Of a DNA stretch of 64,000 nt, positions 1 through 13,678 are shown in pieces (the stretch's first letter is position 1; each line of letters starts with the position of its first letter). The notes under the pieces were generated by a model, which saw nothing but the letters and a program-made list of their open reading frames with translations, ran no database searches and was not told the DNA's origin. This DNA comes from Octopus vulgaris. Lineage: Eukaryota. Made by a program: the position numbers and the translations under genes. The stretch is from contig OX597816.1 of NCBI GenBank assembly GCA_951406725.2, forward strand, positions 94,488,001 through 94,552,000. Reading direction: 5' to 3'.

Positions 1-734
1 TGACCTTGCCAGCGGAGGGCTGCGCCCTTGCCTTCTTTGGAGGAGGTGAGTCATGGTGCTTCCACTGCATTGACTGGGCTTTGGTCTCTGGATCATAGTG
101 ATGGACCCAGGTCTCATCCTGTGTAATCAGTCTTTTGAAAAATTTTGACTCATCTTCTTGGCACATCCCTAAATTCATCCTCGAGGACTCGACGCGTTCT
201 TGCTTCTGGAAAAGTGTGAGCAACCTGGGAATCCATCTGGCAGACACCTTTTGCATATGCAAATGGCTATGAATGATAGTTTCCACAGACCCGGTACTAA
301 TCTTGACCTCATGGGCTATTTGGCGAATAGTTATGCGTCGATCTTTCAAAATGGCAGCCTCAACTTGACAGACAGATGCCTCATCAATGGCAGAAAGGGT
401 GCGACCAGATCTGGGAGCTGTTTCCACAGAGTTCCGACCATGTTTGAATTCACGATGCCAGCGTTTTACAAGGTCATATGATGGGGCATCATCACCATAA
501 GTTACTTTCATTTCATCAAAAGTCTCCTGTGGTGTGCGTCATTTCAAATACAAAAACCAGATCACTACTCGACACTCAACAGGCTCCATTTCCCACTTGA
601 CTCATTTCAAACACCTGTAAATCAGAAACCACAATTAGTTCGGAGCTGTAATTTGCCACGTAATCTATAAAAATACAGCTAGATCAAACAATGGCAAGTG
701 GGTCAGAGGCATTACTTATTGAACGCCCCTCGTA
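1..734 (-). mobile_element. Mariner DNA transposon, 5' half (runs off window start)
   Basis: Minus strand of 1-125 translates to TGDETWVHHYDPETKAQSMQWKHHDSPPPKKARAQPSAGKV (mariner first catalytic D region); terminus reads TA-CGAGGGGCGTTCAAATAAGTAA on minus, ending at 734. Confidence 0.85.
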
Positions 735-2362
735 CTCGTATCTATGGAATGCTCAACCACTTGCAAGCTAATTCGGGGAGATGAGTTACTGCTATCACTA
801 GATGTCTAGCGTCCATCATTGATGAAACCAAGGAAGGTTGAAATTACGTGATCTGATGATCTCGGCGCTGGCAATGGTGTGGGTTTATATCCCCGCTAGC
901 GATATAAACAAAAGTGCATTTTGCATCAAAACCCAATGTAAGAGTTTCTCTCATGATATCTACCGTAGAATACACTGTTCTAACAGAACATCCATGTTTA
1001 AATGGGGATAAATATTACCATTAATCCAATGCATTGTTGAATCAATTGATCGAATAATTGAAACTTCATCGATGAAACCGACGTAGAGTCATTTAACATT
1101 CAGTACAGCAAAGTCCGTTCAGATGAATATACAAAATTAGGATCGACCCAAACTTTATGAGTGAAACTGAGTGTACGGAAGTTAAATAAAAACCCGACGA
1201 GTGGATTGTAACTGTGATTCAAAAGTTACAATATCGCACACTGTGTCACGGAGATGATTCTGACTGAGAATCACGATAAAGGTAGATATGTTCGTGGAAT
1301 ATTCAGCCTACTATTGCGTATTAATTCAATGAAAAGGGTAGTTCAGTTGATCGAATAACAATTGAACCGGATCCACCTGTGTCTGGTCTAATAATTCATT
1401 AGTACCTGGATTAATGATCGGGTTAATGTTTAGACTGTCATCTAGAAGAGTGTCTCAAGTATCCGTTAGGATTGGTATCTCAATTAAAGTCTGGCTTAGA
1501 GACCTAAATAGGCTAACCCAGTATTTTAGCACATTTTTAACACTTACCATTTAATAATCCAAAACTCTAGCAAGACTGGTGTTTACATTGTTATAATCAC
1601 GGCCACTACGTCACTACACCACCACCCTCATTGCACTGCAACCGCCACTACCACCATCAACTTTATCACAATCAACCCCACACCACAGCAGCAGCATCGC
1701 CATCATTCCCACCACCACTGTCGTTGTCGTCGTCATCATCATCATCATCGTAATTATTAGAATCATTATGACTCCATAGTTTTGGTAATTAATACCAAAC
1801 TTCAAATGTTTTTCCTAGCAGAAATGGCTCGTTTATTATTCGTTAATTACTAAACATTACATTCCTGTTCGACTACTTCTACAGTAACAATTGTTAAAAA
1901 TATAATGAGATGTGATGTACAGCTCATTATATTTTTAACAATTGTGGTATACAATATCATTTAATTGTCATATGAAAGAAAATTAATTTCGCTACATTTC
2001 CAGACAGAAAAAAGTTTCCTTGTTTATATCGACGTTTATGCTAACAAAACAAAGTAACTCAATGGATAAGATATTGCAGGTCAGTGCCTTATCCATTGTT
2101 GTTTCTGGTTTCAAGGAGTGGAGCTGGCTGTGACGTTTAAGAGCATAGCACCTTCTTTCAGATCAAACTATTTTATTCTACATTCCACAAGAATGAAACG
2201 TCAAAGAATCCAAATACTATACGCAAACTACACGTTTTTTCCTCTTACAGATACAAGTCTTCGCCTTTTAAATACAGACCATCTCTGCTGTCAATACCTC
2301 ACTCTCTACTCAAACATCACTCTGAAAAATGTCTGTATGTATTTCCCCTCCCCTAATACTCA

Positions 2363-2364
<2 letters not shown>

Positions 2365-2423
<59 letters not shown>
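2365..2423. repeat. (CT)n microsatellite; representative of many others: (TCTA)n ~3997-4060, (TA)n 4213-4252, (TG)n 4659-4720 and 6384-6424, (TACA)n 24853-24912, (TA)n(TG)n 29570-29696
   Basis: Directly visible. Confidence 0.95.
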
Positions 2424-2426
<3 letters not shown>

Positions 2427-3995
2427 GTTCTTCTCTCCCATGGATATAACCAGTAAAATCTTACTGTTACTTTGAACTGATGTCTCTCCCCCTATTTTTT
2501 CCTTTGAATACCGTTGCCTTTAGTACTCTCCAAACTCTTCCTCGGTATCTCTTTTCTTAAATCCAGAACATCTACCCAATACCACCCTTTTTCTGAAGGC
2601 TATATTTTCGATGACTTCAGAGTTCACTACTTACCTCTACGCTATTCGACATGGTGCTGGTGGTGGTGCAAAAAGAGAAATTTTTAACAATCCTCAACTC
2701 TCCACATCAATAAGTTTGATCTCCTATAACAGTCTATGACCAACACACAAAAATTCCAAACACTGCTTGATCTCTTTCTCACCTTCCAATACAGATTTCA
2801 AATGCAAACCATCACCGTTACTGCATCTATTAGTTTTACCCATCCATAGCCTTATTACGACTATCCACCATGCAACCACATACTATGCAACGTCCCCACC
2901 TCCCGTAGCTGACGTTACTTCAAAATAGCTGATTTATCGGAGCTTCACAGGTTCTACTTTAACTATACCTAGCAGCGCTTGTACTTCAATCCAAAACTGT
3001 CCCTAAAGCAAACTGCTCAGCTTAGAGACAGCTAAGCAGGTGACTGGAAACATCCTTTCAATCATGTTCTTCCACTTTGCATCCCCAAATCCATCCCCTC
3101 CTCACCGTGGTGGGGATGCTGGCAACAGGTAGTGTCAGAGCTATGTCGTCGGGAACTTCGGTTCCTGGTAGGGCCACCCAAGGTGGATTGGTCTGACACC
3201 GAGTGGTATTAGGGCCACAACCCGGCATCCTCGGAGTGTCTGTTTCGGCAACCAGCGGCTCCTCGGTCGTTCTGTCCCTGCGTCTGCGGACAATCTGCAG
3301 CAAACAGGATGTCTCTACATGCGGGATTGATGGGAACCGCTTGTGAAATTCATATTCCCACGAAACTTCTTCCACTGCCATGGTCCGAGATATCTCGAGG
3401 GTGGTGGAAGAAGCCGACTCAACCCGCCCAGAGTGAATGTCGCCACAAGTAAGTACAAGTAAGTACTTCCCACACGCATTCAAAATACAAAACCTAAAAT
3501 ATACCAATACACTGCAAGCTGTGCTGTAGCATAAACTAAGGACGCGGCCTACAATTCTTGAAGAAAAAACAGCGCTTACTGTCTTAAGCATGATTTGAAA
3601 CAGAAAAAGAAGCTCCGTGCTTCAAATGCCCTCTCACTGTGCAAACTGTGGTCGCTTCTTCTGGTCGCTTACAAAACAGATCTCTACTGACTTTATGCTT
3701 ACTACTTGCGACTTCTTGACCATGATGGTTTCGTAAGAACTATTCCCGTCGGGAACACTTAAAATTTGCTGTCGGCTCTGCATCCACTTTACAAAGTCCA
3801 AAACACACCTTATCCATTCTACTGGACTTACTCCCAGGTACTCATACATGCTGACTGAAAAAGTGCTTCTGGTCTCTTAAACCATTAAAACCTCTAACTT
3901 TAAAGTCTCTTCTAGTACCTTCAAACAATAACCCCTGTCATCGCTAAAATCCTTACTTACTCTCTCACACACACGCTCTCTCTCTCTCTCTCTCC

Positions 3996-4061
<66 letters not shown>

Positions 4062-4208
4062 GGCCTGCTCGCTTAGCCAGTGGGGTGGCGTCATTCGAAG
4101 GCTAAAACAATGAGAACGCATTGTGACCAGCGATGTGTAACTTCATCTGATGGACTGGTCGGTCACGTGATCACGTGATCTATCTATCTCTCTCTCTCTC
4201 TCTCTCTC

Positions 4209-4256
<48 letters not shown>

Positions 4257-4270
4257 TATATATGTGTATG

Positions 4271-4656
4271 CATATATGGGTACAAGACGTCACCAACAAC
4301 AAACAGCATGAAATACGAAAACAAATAAGTTACATAAGTAGTTCTCAGGGAGATCAGCACATACACGCTCTCACATACACACGCACGCGCACCTTCGTTT
4401 GTGGATTACCACTACTTCATTATCTCCTCTTCTTCCTAGCCCCCCTGTGTGACCCCTCTGCCAGGCATTCGCCATGATAGATCGCTAACCACTAAACCTT
4501 TTTTTTTTCTTTCCCTGTTTATTTCTGTGTTCCTTTCTGTCGAAGAAAGTAGGCTCGAAACGTAAAAGACTTACTCACTTCCCGAGCGTTAAAGTAACGC
4601 ATGTTTGTTGTTTACACACCCGTCTTCGTCTTCTGTGGGGTTTTTTGTAAATTTTC

Positions 4657-4721
<65 letters not shown>

Positions 4722-4925
4722 ATATATGGGTACAGGACGTCACCAACAGCAAACAACATGAAATACGAAAACAAATAAGTTAAATACGCCAACAACGAGA
4801 GGAAAAATGGAAAACAGGACAAGTAACACAAAGGGCGACCCTTCGTCAGTTGTCGGCTGTCTATCTACTCCTCATTTCGAGCATTGAACGACAATATGAG
4901 TCTTCGAAGACAGTTGCTCCCATAA
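4271..4925. mobile_element. Microsatellite-embedded repeat remnants, probably PLE pseudo-LTR derived; ~60-bp direct repeat at 4271 and 4721
   Basis: CATATATGGGTACARGACGTCACCAACARCAAACARCATGAAATACGAAAACAAATAAGTTA occurs twice after (TA)/(TG) tracts; hammerhead-like fold at 4533-4568. Confidence 0.5.
4533..4568 (+). ncRNA. Minimal hammerhead-like motif (variant core)
   Basis: cttt-CTGTCGA-agaaagtaggctc-GAAACGTA-aaag: stem I cttt/aaag, core variant CUGUCGA, palindromic ACGT stem III, GUA triplet; stem II degraded. Confidence 0.45.
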
Positions 4926-5294
4926 ATACCTGCTAGCTGCTAGAGACTGACATCAAATCTTGACTGGAGAGGGTTACTGCTGGAAGACCATTTGTGTGGC
5001 AGCAAAGATATAAATAATTGACCTTTCAAGTAGAAAAACCAATAACGAGACTATTTCTGATATCCACAACAGTCTACTCCCGTGACTTTAATAAATTTTA
5101 CAGTGTTATCATTACACACAGCAGCCTTCTTAATTGTCTGTGGGTTGAACTATTGAGAAATGAAGTAGCCACGGACACAATGTAACACCGGTGAACAACT
5201 GAGACCGGTTGCCCAGTAACATATCAACATCATCGACATTCATGCGTCAAAAGAAACAGAATAATATCACATTAGAAGTCAGTCACTACTTAAT

Positions 5295-5430
5295 GTTGGT
5301 TTCAAATTTTGGCACATGGTCAGCAAATTTGGGGCGGCGGGTAAGTCGACTACATCAACTCCAGTACTTGGCTAGTACTTATTTTATCGGCCCCGAAAGG
5401 GTAAAAGACAAAGTCGACCTCGGCGGAATT
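5295..5430 (-). mobile_element. SINE fragment, same core as 20924-21147 but with a different 3' tail
   Basis: CCCCGAAAGGGTAAAAGACAAAGTCGACCTCGGCGGAATT matches the core of the complete SINE copies. Confidence 0.7.
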
Positions 5431-5659
5431 TTATTTCCCAACATTACCTCGTGTCCGCTAAAGCCGTGTGGGTGAAATTTGGTAATATGAAATTCTGTGA
5501 AAAACCCACCGGAGAGATCGTTCTTTTTGGTGGTAGACTTAATCAAATATCAGATTTAACATCACTGCCTGAATGTCTTTAGCTAGAATTCACTTTGGTG
5601 CAAACGTTCGAGTTACGTATCGTGTCTAAGAATAATTTCCTTCATTCTTCCCACCAATC

Positions 5660-5950
5660 TGGAACCACATGTGTCTATGGCTACCCGAACAAAGTTACAT
5701 GAACTTGGCTGGGATCTCTTAATCCATCCACCATATTCTTCTGATACTGCACCATCCGACTGTCACTTGTTTTTGTCTCTACAGAACTCATTGCAAGGGA
5801 AAACATTTAACGATTTAGATGGAATCAAAATGCATCTAGATAACTTTTTTTTCTTCAAAACCAGTCAAATTTTGTGCTGATGGAATATTTAAATTGCCTG
5901 ATATATGGGCAAAGGTCATTAATAATAATGGAAATTATTTCCTTGAATAA
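5660..5950 (+). mobile_element. Mariner transposase C-terminal fragment
   Basis: ORF 5671-5880: LGWDLLIHPPYSSDTAPSDCHLFLSLQN, the YSPDLAPSD motif. Confidence 0.8.
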
Positions 5951-6380
5951 AATTTATTTATTGAAAGGTCAATTATTTATATCTTTGCTACCACACATAT
6001 GGCCTTCCAGCAGTAGCTCTTTCCTGCCAATATTTGATATCAGTCTCTAGCAGCTTCACACAGCCGTGTGAATTGAGTCTAAGGTTCTGTTCAAAGATGT
6101 AGGGATGAATTCTGTTGTAGCTACCCATGTCAGCTACAGTGTTCACCGAACATTGATCAGGAGTCATGATGTCGGCAGTTTGATATCCGGCGCGTATCAT
6201 CATAATACAAGTAACTCTTTATCCATATACAGACAATTTCCAGTCCTCCGTGTCAGTTAACTTTTTCTCAACTACAACATTAATACTTTTGCTCTCCAGC
6301 GCCGTTGACTAATCGCCAACACATCAAGCTGTTCCTGAAAAAAGGAGACATAAAACCTCTTCAAATTTAGCCCTAACACC

Positions 6381-6424
<44 letters not shown>

Positions 6425-6426
<2 letters not shown>

Positions 6427-8690
6427 ACAAACCGAAATATGTATTCCGCACTGACAGGAGAGAAGTCATGATGAGAGGGTAGATTGCTGAGAATAAAATA
6501 TCTAGGGTAGATTATTGATGAAAATGGACGCAGACCAGACCCGTCTAGGGCGAATGCAATAAAAAATATGCCTTCCCCGATAAACATTAAAACGTTACAA
6601 GCATTTTTAGGTCTCGCAAATTACTACCAGGTATACATACTGAATATGCACGATTTAAGAGCACTCCTGAATAATTTGTTAATAAAAGATGTTAAGTTGA
6701 ACTGGTCGGACAAATACCAAAAAGCTTTTGAAGAAATTAAAGACGTTTTAATGTCGGAATTGTTATCACATTTTGACCCAAATTTAGAAATAATAGTGGT
6801 AGCAGATGTTAGTGAAAGTGGTATTGGACCTGTGATTTTACCCAAATATGAAGGTGGTAGCCTGAAAGCAGTAGCTCATACTTTGCGTTCATTATTGCCG
6901 GTTGAGAAAAGTTACAGTCAAATAGAAAAAGGGGCATTAGCCATCATATTTGCAGGAAAAATTTTCATAAATTTAGACATGGAAGATGGTTCCGTCTGCA
7001 GACAAACCACCTCCCATTATTGTCGATCTATGCATCAAAAAAGTGTATCCCTACACATACAGCCAAAAGATTGCAGCGCTGGGGAACGATCCTACTAAAT
7101 TACGACTTCAAAATGAAGTATTTGCCATGGCAAAAAATTGGGACATGCAGATGGTTTGTCAAGGTTAATGCCAAAATACAGCGAACCACTAGAAGACACA
7201 GTGATAGCGGCGTTAAAAGCCGAAAATGAAATTTAAAATATATTGTGCAATGTTGTACGTGAATTTCCTGTGACATTGGAGGAAATAAAAAGTAAGACAG
7301 AGACGGACGAGTTTATCATAAAATGAAAAAAATAGTGAGGTCAGAAAAAACAGCAAAAATACGTGTGGCTGGACGTAACACAATTTCGAATTTGAGGAAT
7401 ATGAGGAGTTATGTTTACTGGCCAAAAATAGGTCTAAATATTGAGAGGTTGGTAAAATCCTGCAGAGGTTGCGCTCTGACAGCGAAAGCACCACTTATAA
7501 AATTTCAACCTTGGACCATGGAATATTCGCCCAAGACCGATATTCCATGGTCCGGACTACACATAGACTTTGCAGGACCGTTAAACCGGTCATGCTATCT
7601 AATAGTGGTAGATAGCTTTACAAAATGGCCAGAAATTTAAATGTACAAACCGACATCCACGGTAACAGTGGAATTTCTACACGAACTTTTTGCTAAGTAT
7701 GGCGTCTCGGATACCATAGTCTTCAATAACGGTACGCAATTTTTGCAAGATGTACTCAATTGAACATATCACTACTCCATCGTATCACCCAAGATCAAAC
7801 GGGCAAGCGGAAAGGTTCGTGGATACATTTAAAAGAGCATTAAGGAAATCAAGAAACGAGCTAGTCGATGACGCAGTATTGACACAATTTTTTAGGGTTT
7901 ATAGGATAACACAAAACCCAAACGCTTTTTCGTGCAAGTCGCCAACAGAACTAATGTTTGCTCGAAAAATAAAGTCAGTTTTTGACAAGCTGTTACCAGT
8001 AAGAAAAACAAATAAGAAAACACTAAATATACGACAAAGCACTTTAATATCGGTGACAAGGTGGTTTTCAAAATACATAAAAATGGAAAACAAGGTTGGG
8101 AAGACGAAGTAGTAATAAAAAGAATAGCCAAAATGACATATATGATAAGAAGTGAAAAATGGGAACACAAAAGACATTTAAACTAGCTAAAAAATAGATA
8201 TACGGAAAAGGGAAAAGAGATACCCATGGAAGTGTTCTATGACACCTTTGATGTTCCAGCGCGAAAGAAATCGAACCTAGGCGTAGCAGCACAAGAAAGA
8301 GGAAACAAACAGAACGGTTGGAAGTAGTGCCTAAACGGAAGAAATATCAAACTTTCCTATGAGGAAAATCTCAAAAAGAGGGATGTGATTGAAGGAAAAT
8401 AAATAAATAAATAAAAAATAATAATATTAACTTCCAACAGAAGTCAATCTTAGTGGGGGAGATGTTGTGGCGAGAGCCATTGACATCCTTGGGGGATTGA
8501 AAGAATAGACTAGCCGAACTCTTATAAAGAGTAGCGTATTGGATGAGATAAGAGGTCGGTAGGAGTCATTGAGAAGGCGCTTTTGAGTCTCACGAAGTAC
8601 ATCGTATGAACACATTGATTTTACTTCTGCATCGTTAAATTATATATCTAACATTTGTCAAAGATATAAAACTATGCAATATTTACAGTC
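6425..8690 (+). mobile_element. Decayed Ty3/gypsy LTR retrotransposon (RT end, RNase H, integrase, probable 3' LTR ~8384-8687)
   Basis: LQAFLGLANYY; VVADVSESGIG..YSQIEKGALAI (RNase H); YWP..CRGC, PWSGLHIDFAGP..VVDSFTKWPE, YHPRSNGQAERFVDTFK (integrase); frameshifts and stops; purine tract AAAAAGAGGGA followed by TG at 8384. Confidence 0.88.
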
Positions 8691-9010
8691 AATTGAAACA
8701 CGATACAGAACGGGAGGTTCTTGCAACCTATCTCACCAACGAGAGTTGCGGATGCACCATCTTAGAATATCATGTCTCTAGTGTATGACTTAATCAAGAA
8801 ACTTAATCTAGAACTGATTGGAATTCACTGAGAGAGATCAATCCTCTTGGCTATATTACCCAATATATTACTGGCATCAGATATATCAAGGAATACAACA
8901 ATGTACCAGCTGATATACTTCATACTTCTGCCTCTATTGATTTCGACGAGATAACAGCTAACCAGGAAAATTATGAGCTTTCCGGCCTACGTAATTAGTC
9001 GTCTGTTTTA

Positions 9011-9150
9011 TAAGGTTGTCCCAAAAGTTCGTAGAAAGTCTTGAAAAATAATGATCTTTATTTTGAGGAATAATTTTTGTTGCTTTTGTTAGTACTTGGC
9101 GGGTAAAAATTCAATTTTCGCAAGTGTTGACGAACTTTTGGGACAACCTA
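9011..9150. mobile_element. Tc1/mariner-type MITE
   Basis: 20-bp TIRs AGGTTGTCCCAAAAGTTCGT / ACGAACTTTTGGGACAACCT in TA context. Confidence 0.8.
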
Positions 9151-9269
9151 ATATTATTTCAGATTGACATATTTGCTCTGATATTACTACTGATATTTAA
9201 CGCACTTTTTTTATATAAAAATATCGTTGTGTAACCTTTATTGTGACACCAGATCTACACAGTTGACAT

Positions 9270-9880
9270 TGGCACGCTTTATTTGGACTGATACCAGAGA
9301 GTGAGCCAAGATCTGTAATGCAGAAGTAAGCCTAAAACATGAAACAAAATCGCTTATTTTAGCCGCTCGGGAACAAGCTAATAGAACAGAATTAACGACG
9401 GAAAAGATTGATAAAAGTAAGTCAGAGAGCAAACGCTAAACCTGTGGGAAAAAGGAGACGAAATATAAAAACATTAACCATAATTTAAGTGAATGAACTA
9501 AGCTAGCGCAAAAAGGGTATAAACATAGGCAATGAATTCATGGTAACAGAAAAGCAGGAAGCACACGAACCAGAGGTTTATGATAGTGAGTGAATACTAT
9601 AGAATTTTACAGGATTTTTCCTTAATGATTGACCATACAGTAGAAGTAAGGAGACCAGATTAATATCGTAATAGGCAAAGGAAGTTAACAGTGTAAGATT
9701 ATAGACTTTGCTATACTATATAATAATAGAGTAGATACCAAACAAATTGAAAAAACTGAGATGTATCAAGACCTAGCCAGAGATATGAAAAGATTGTACA
9801 AGGTGACATTTGCTCCTGTATTAATTAGTGCACTTGAAACAACACCCAAATTACTAAGAGGTTGAAGGACATTGATGATC
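9270..9880 (+). mobile_element. Non-LTR retrotransposon fragment with restriction-like endonuclease (R4/Dong/NeSL-like); a further decayed piece at ~10150-10560
   Basis: Broken translation LKHETKSLILAAREQA..KLAQKGYKHR..DHTVEVRRPDL..CKIIDFAI..YQDLARDM (RPD..D motif). Confidence 0.7.
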
Positions 9881-11089
9881 TACAGAAAAGTGTCACCTCA
9901 GATTACTAAAACAATTATATAAACTGGATTGCAACAAACAACAGGGCTACACCTGGTTTTAAATGATCAAGCTGAAATAGTACACGAAAGATCCAATGAC
10001 TGCAGCTCAGAATCAGTGTCTCATAACAAAAAAAAAATGATCAGAAATTCATTTTTGAAGCGCAATATCTAGATGAAGAACTTAAAGGTTTGATGCGATT
10101 ATCGTCCTCTATAATATTGTCGCCCTAACACTGACCGTGTCAGAATATATCTCAAGACATCACAATGCTGCTACCTACACTCGTTGGAAAAGTTAAAACG
10201 ATATAACGGCTGCTGCAAAAAAAAATGCACAAGTATGTCCCAGACTGTGGAAATGGTATGATTTTTGGTAGTATAAAAATAAATAATGACAGTGAATTTA
10301 GAATGAAAGGATTGGACGTTATTATAAAAGACAAGAGCTACATCACTTGTACACTAAGTGATGTAGTTTGTCTAAATGACAAGAAGCTGCTAAAGGACTT
10401 TGAAAAAATCCTTCAGACATAAAAACATAAAGTGGAAATAGCGCGAATGGACACAAGAACAGGTGCAGTAAAATAGAGTACGTGTGCCTTTCACAGGATA
10501 AAAATAGTGTAATTGTGATACTGATATTAATAATGATTTCTTTGTTAACCACAAGAACAGCACAAATACATACTAATAACAGGAGTTGCTTTTATCCACT
10601 TCACACCAGTGTTTTAAATGCTATCCGTGTTATTGACATTTAGTTTTTTTATAAACAGGCAACATTAATAACCTTGCATTGTTGTGAAATTTTCAAGTTT
10701 GCCCAATTTTAAAATTAATTATAAACCTGAAGCAAATAACTTTTCAAATTAATGTTGACATTTTAGCTCATTTCAGAAGAGATTTCTAAATTACATTAGC
10801 GTTCTTGTCACGTTTAAATTTACTCGGGTATTTAAAAAAAAGTTTCTACTCATTCTCATATGTTATATTTCTCCTCTAACTTCTTCTGACAAGATATTCG
10901 GAAAGTTGAGACGATTGACATTTCTTATTTGCAATATCTCTTTCATATACTGGCATTAAAAAAAAAACTCTCTCTTTTGACGATCCCCTAACTACACTTT
11001 GAATGGGCTTGGAAGGTAGTTAACGGACATTATTACCAAGAATATGCCGCAATCTATTTTATTGTAAAAATTCTGTTCCATCCTCATAT

Positions 11090-12810
11090 TCTGCTGTACT
11101 GTAAAGAATCCGTCACACTCTGACTCGAAACAGTTCATAACACTTTAACAAATAAATTGTCTGACATTCTACTGTACTGAAACAGGTCTATCACATTTGT
11201 AGTGATCCTACAACGGCGCGCGCTCGCGCACCGTCCATTTGTATTTCGCGCGTGTTGGTGCCTTTACCAAGGCAGAGAAAGGAAGGGCCCTCTCGCGCAT
11301 GCGCGAACCACCGGAAGCACGACCCGCTTGCCTATCGTGGTAGTTAGCGAGGCAAGGGGGTCGTAGAACGTTTGACCACTAGCAGCAGTCATCGGGGACT
11401 TGGGACCCAGCGATTGAAGGCGACGTCACGCGATATATTTTCTCTCCGTTGGAACTAGCTTCTATCAGTCCTTACCAAATTGTTGCAGACCAACATCGTC
11501 TCCATTGTTCGACGCCATCTTGAATCCCTTTCTGTTTTGGGGCTGAAGATTGTAAATATTACAATCTATTAACTTTCAGCCTTGCGCGCCCAGAATCAAG
11601 GACATCAGATAACACCAGTATTGTTATTGTTTACCAAGAAAGAGAATAAAGTAGTTATATGTATATTTTACGTCTGCGTCTTGTTGTTTCTGACTAGTAG
11701 AATTCTGGATTATTAAAAGCAACGGCTAGTGAGTGATTGCTTTGTGCACCCCAAAAGTGCACAAGACAAGATAGGACTTTCACACACACTAAGTTCGTTT
11801 CACATTCAATACACTAACTCCATGTTTTATTGTACGGTATCTGTTGCACTGAAATGTGCAGCCCATCAAACACTGCTGTTAAAAGTGTCAGTTAAAATGC
11901 AACTGTTATAATATCTGTTGCTCATTACTGTAAAAACCGTCACATTCCATTCGACGCAGTTCGTCATTCTGCATTGTAAATAACCCGATCATGAAGTGTC
12001 TATATCGGCTGTTACACTTGGAATCCGTCACACTAAACTGTACAGTGCTTGTTACACTGTACAGTAAAGTGTTCGTTACACTCAACTACACGGTTGCGTC
12101 ACACAGTATAACCTGTCGCACTGGCCATGTCAATATATTTCATAGCATGAAAATGCTGCTACAGGATCCAAATACTGTTCAGTTACACTGTCTTATACAT
12201 GTATGTCACACTATAATACATTGCGTACTGTACTGCATAATTTGTCACATATTTAACACACTATATTGTGCAAGATCTTATATATCAACTGTACTCTTAT
12301 GTGTATAAACAGCAACTTTCTAAATCATATAATCCCTTCATTGAGCAAATTCCAAACAGTTTACACGATGCCTGTCAGACATTATCATAAAATAGCTGCT
12401 TTATTCTTTTGAACGGGGTTTGTCACAATGTATCTTACAATACAGGATCTCCTCTAATCTTCGATTACAGTCATAGTCCATTACTCAAAATATGTCACCT
12501 CTGTTGGATAGGGTTCGCTATAAACCACTGTACTAAGAATTGTCTACGAACTGATGTTGGTTCAACAAACTCTGTACAGTAGAATTTGATTGTCCATCGA
12601 AGTATGTGATAGATTCTGAGCAATGAAGTACGACGGACGCCGTACAGGAACGTGTGGCCAATATTGTACTGTAGACTATGAGACACGCTTCATCACTTCG
12701 TTCTGTCAGAATACTGTGCAGCCTCAATACACGTTACAGTACGGGACTATTCATCAAATCGTCTGTCACATACTACAGTAGGGAATATACTTTACAGTAC
12801 AGAATCTGAG
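11090..12810. repeat. Highly diverged ~24-bp minisatellite, interrupted by a GC-rich insert
   Basis: GT(C/T)ACAC recurs at 12027, 12051, 12075, 12098, with similar GTCACAC/CTGTA units across the region. Confidence 0.5.
11198..11727 (+). mobile_element. Candidate solo LTR
   Basis: Abrupt CpG-rich block starting TGTAGTG, TATA-like TATATA ~11433, AATAAA at 11645; no CA end or TSD confirmed. Confidence 0.4.
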
Positions 12811-13309
12811 ACCGATATAATTAGGACTAGGCTTACAGAGAATAAGTCCTGAGGTCGATTTGTTCGACTAAAGGCGGTGCTCCAGCATGGCCGCGGGCAA
12901 ATGACTGAAACAAATAAAAGAATAAAATAATAAAATATATTCAGCCTTCCTTAAATATATTATTAAATGTTCGCGAGTTTTGTTCTTGATTATAACACAT
13001 GCACCCAGCCTAATCCATATTACGCCTACATTAACGTACCACGCGACAATGAATACAAGAACCACAAGACAACTCTTTATCGCGTTGCCCTATTTCTTAT
13101 CTTCTACAAAAAGGTGTTTTTACTATATACCAACCCCTACTGATATAAGATATTGATTCTTTTGCTGAGACATAAGATTAAACATTTATTGAGAGGGATT
13201 ACAGTGATTATATATATTTACATGTTTCACTCACTGAACTTGCAGCCATGCTGGGGCCACCGTATTGAAGTGTTTAGTCGGAAAAATCGACCACAGAACT
13301 TATATATAA

Positions 13310-13529
13310 TGTGACCGCGTGTGTACCGTTGGCGATTTTTTTCCCTCTGTCTTCCCTTCTCTGGATCTTTCCTTATCCTGTTTCCGACGAAGAGCTCCGC
13401 TCGAAACGTTAAACCCTCCTTCTTTCCTTCTTTCCTGAGCGTCCAATAATACTATATTTGTTCCACGTCCTCGCGTTGTTGTGTGTTTTTTTGTGCTTTC
13501 TTGTTTGGATTAACTTTTGGATTAACTTT
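13310..13529 (+). mobile_element. (TA)n-inserted ~200-bp repeat (second copy 28584-28782), probable PLE pLTR remnant with hammerhead-like motif at 13380-13414
   Basis: Two near-identical copies flanked by TA tracts; gttt-CCGACGA-agagctccgctc-GAAACGTT-aaac. Confidence 0.6.
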
Positions 13530-13586
13530 ATATATATATATATATATATATAACCAAGAAAAAAGCAACAAGAATGGATCGGTAGA

Positions 13587-13678
13587 TTAGTACAATTGTT
13601 TCATACTTCATACTATAAACATTTTATTTCAAGCTGCAAATATTACAGCAAATATAATGTCAAGTATTCATCAGCTAA
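13587..13678 (-). ncRNA. Type I hammerhead ribozyme with long stem II
   Basis: Minus strand: ttag-CUGAUGA-auacuu...aaguau-GAAACAAUUGUA-cuaa; canonical core, palindromic ACAAUUGU stem III, GUA cleavage triplet. Confidence 0.75.

Noticed and set aside
1614-1805. 63-aa ORF with Met/Thr/Val runs
   Set aside because: Trinucleotide (CAT/CAC/CGT) low complexity
3058-3591. 177-aa minus-strand ORF in a GC-richer block
   Set aside because: No recognisable domain; possibly a LINE 5'/ORF1 relic, not assignable
4825-4855. Minus-strand CTGACGA-aggg-tcg-ccct hairpin
   Set aside because: No GAAA or stem III follows
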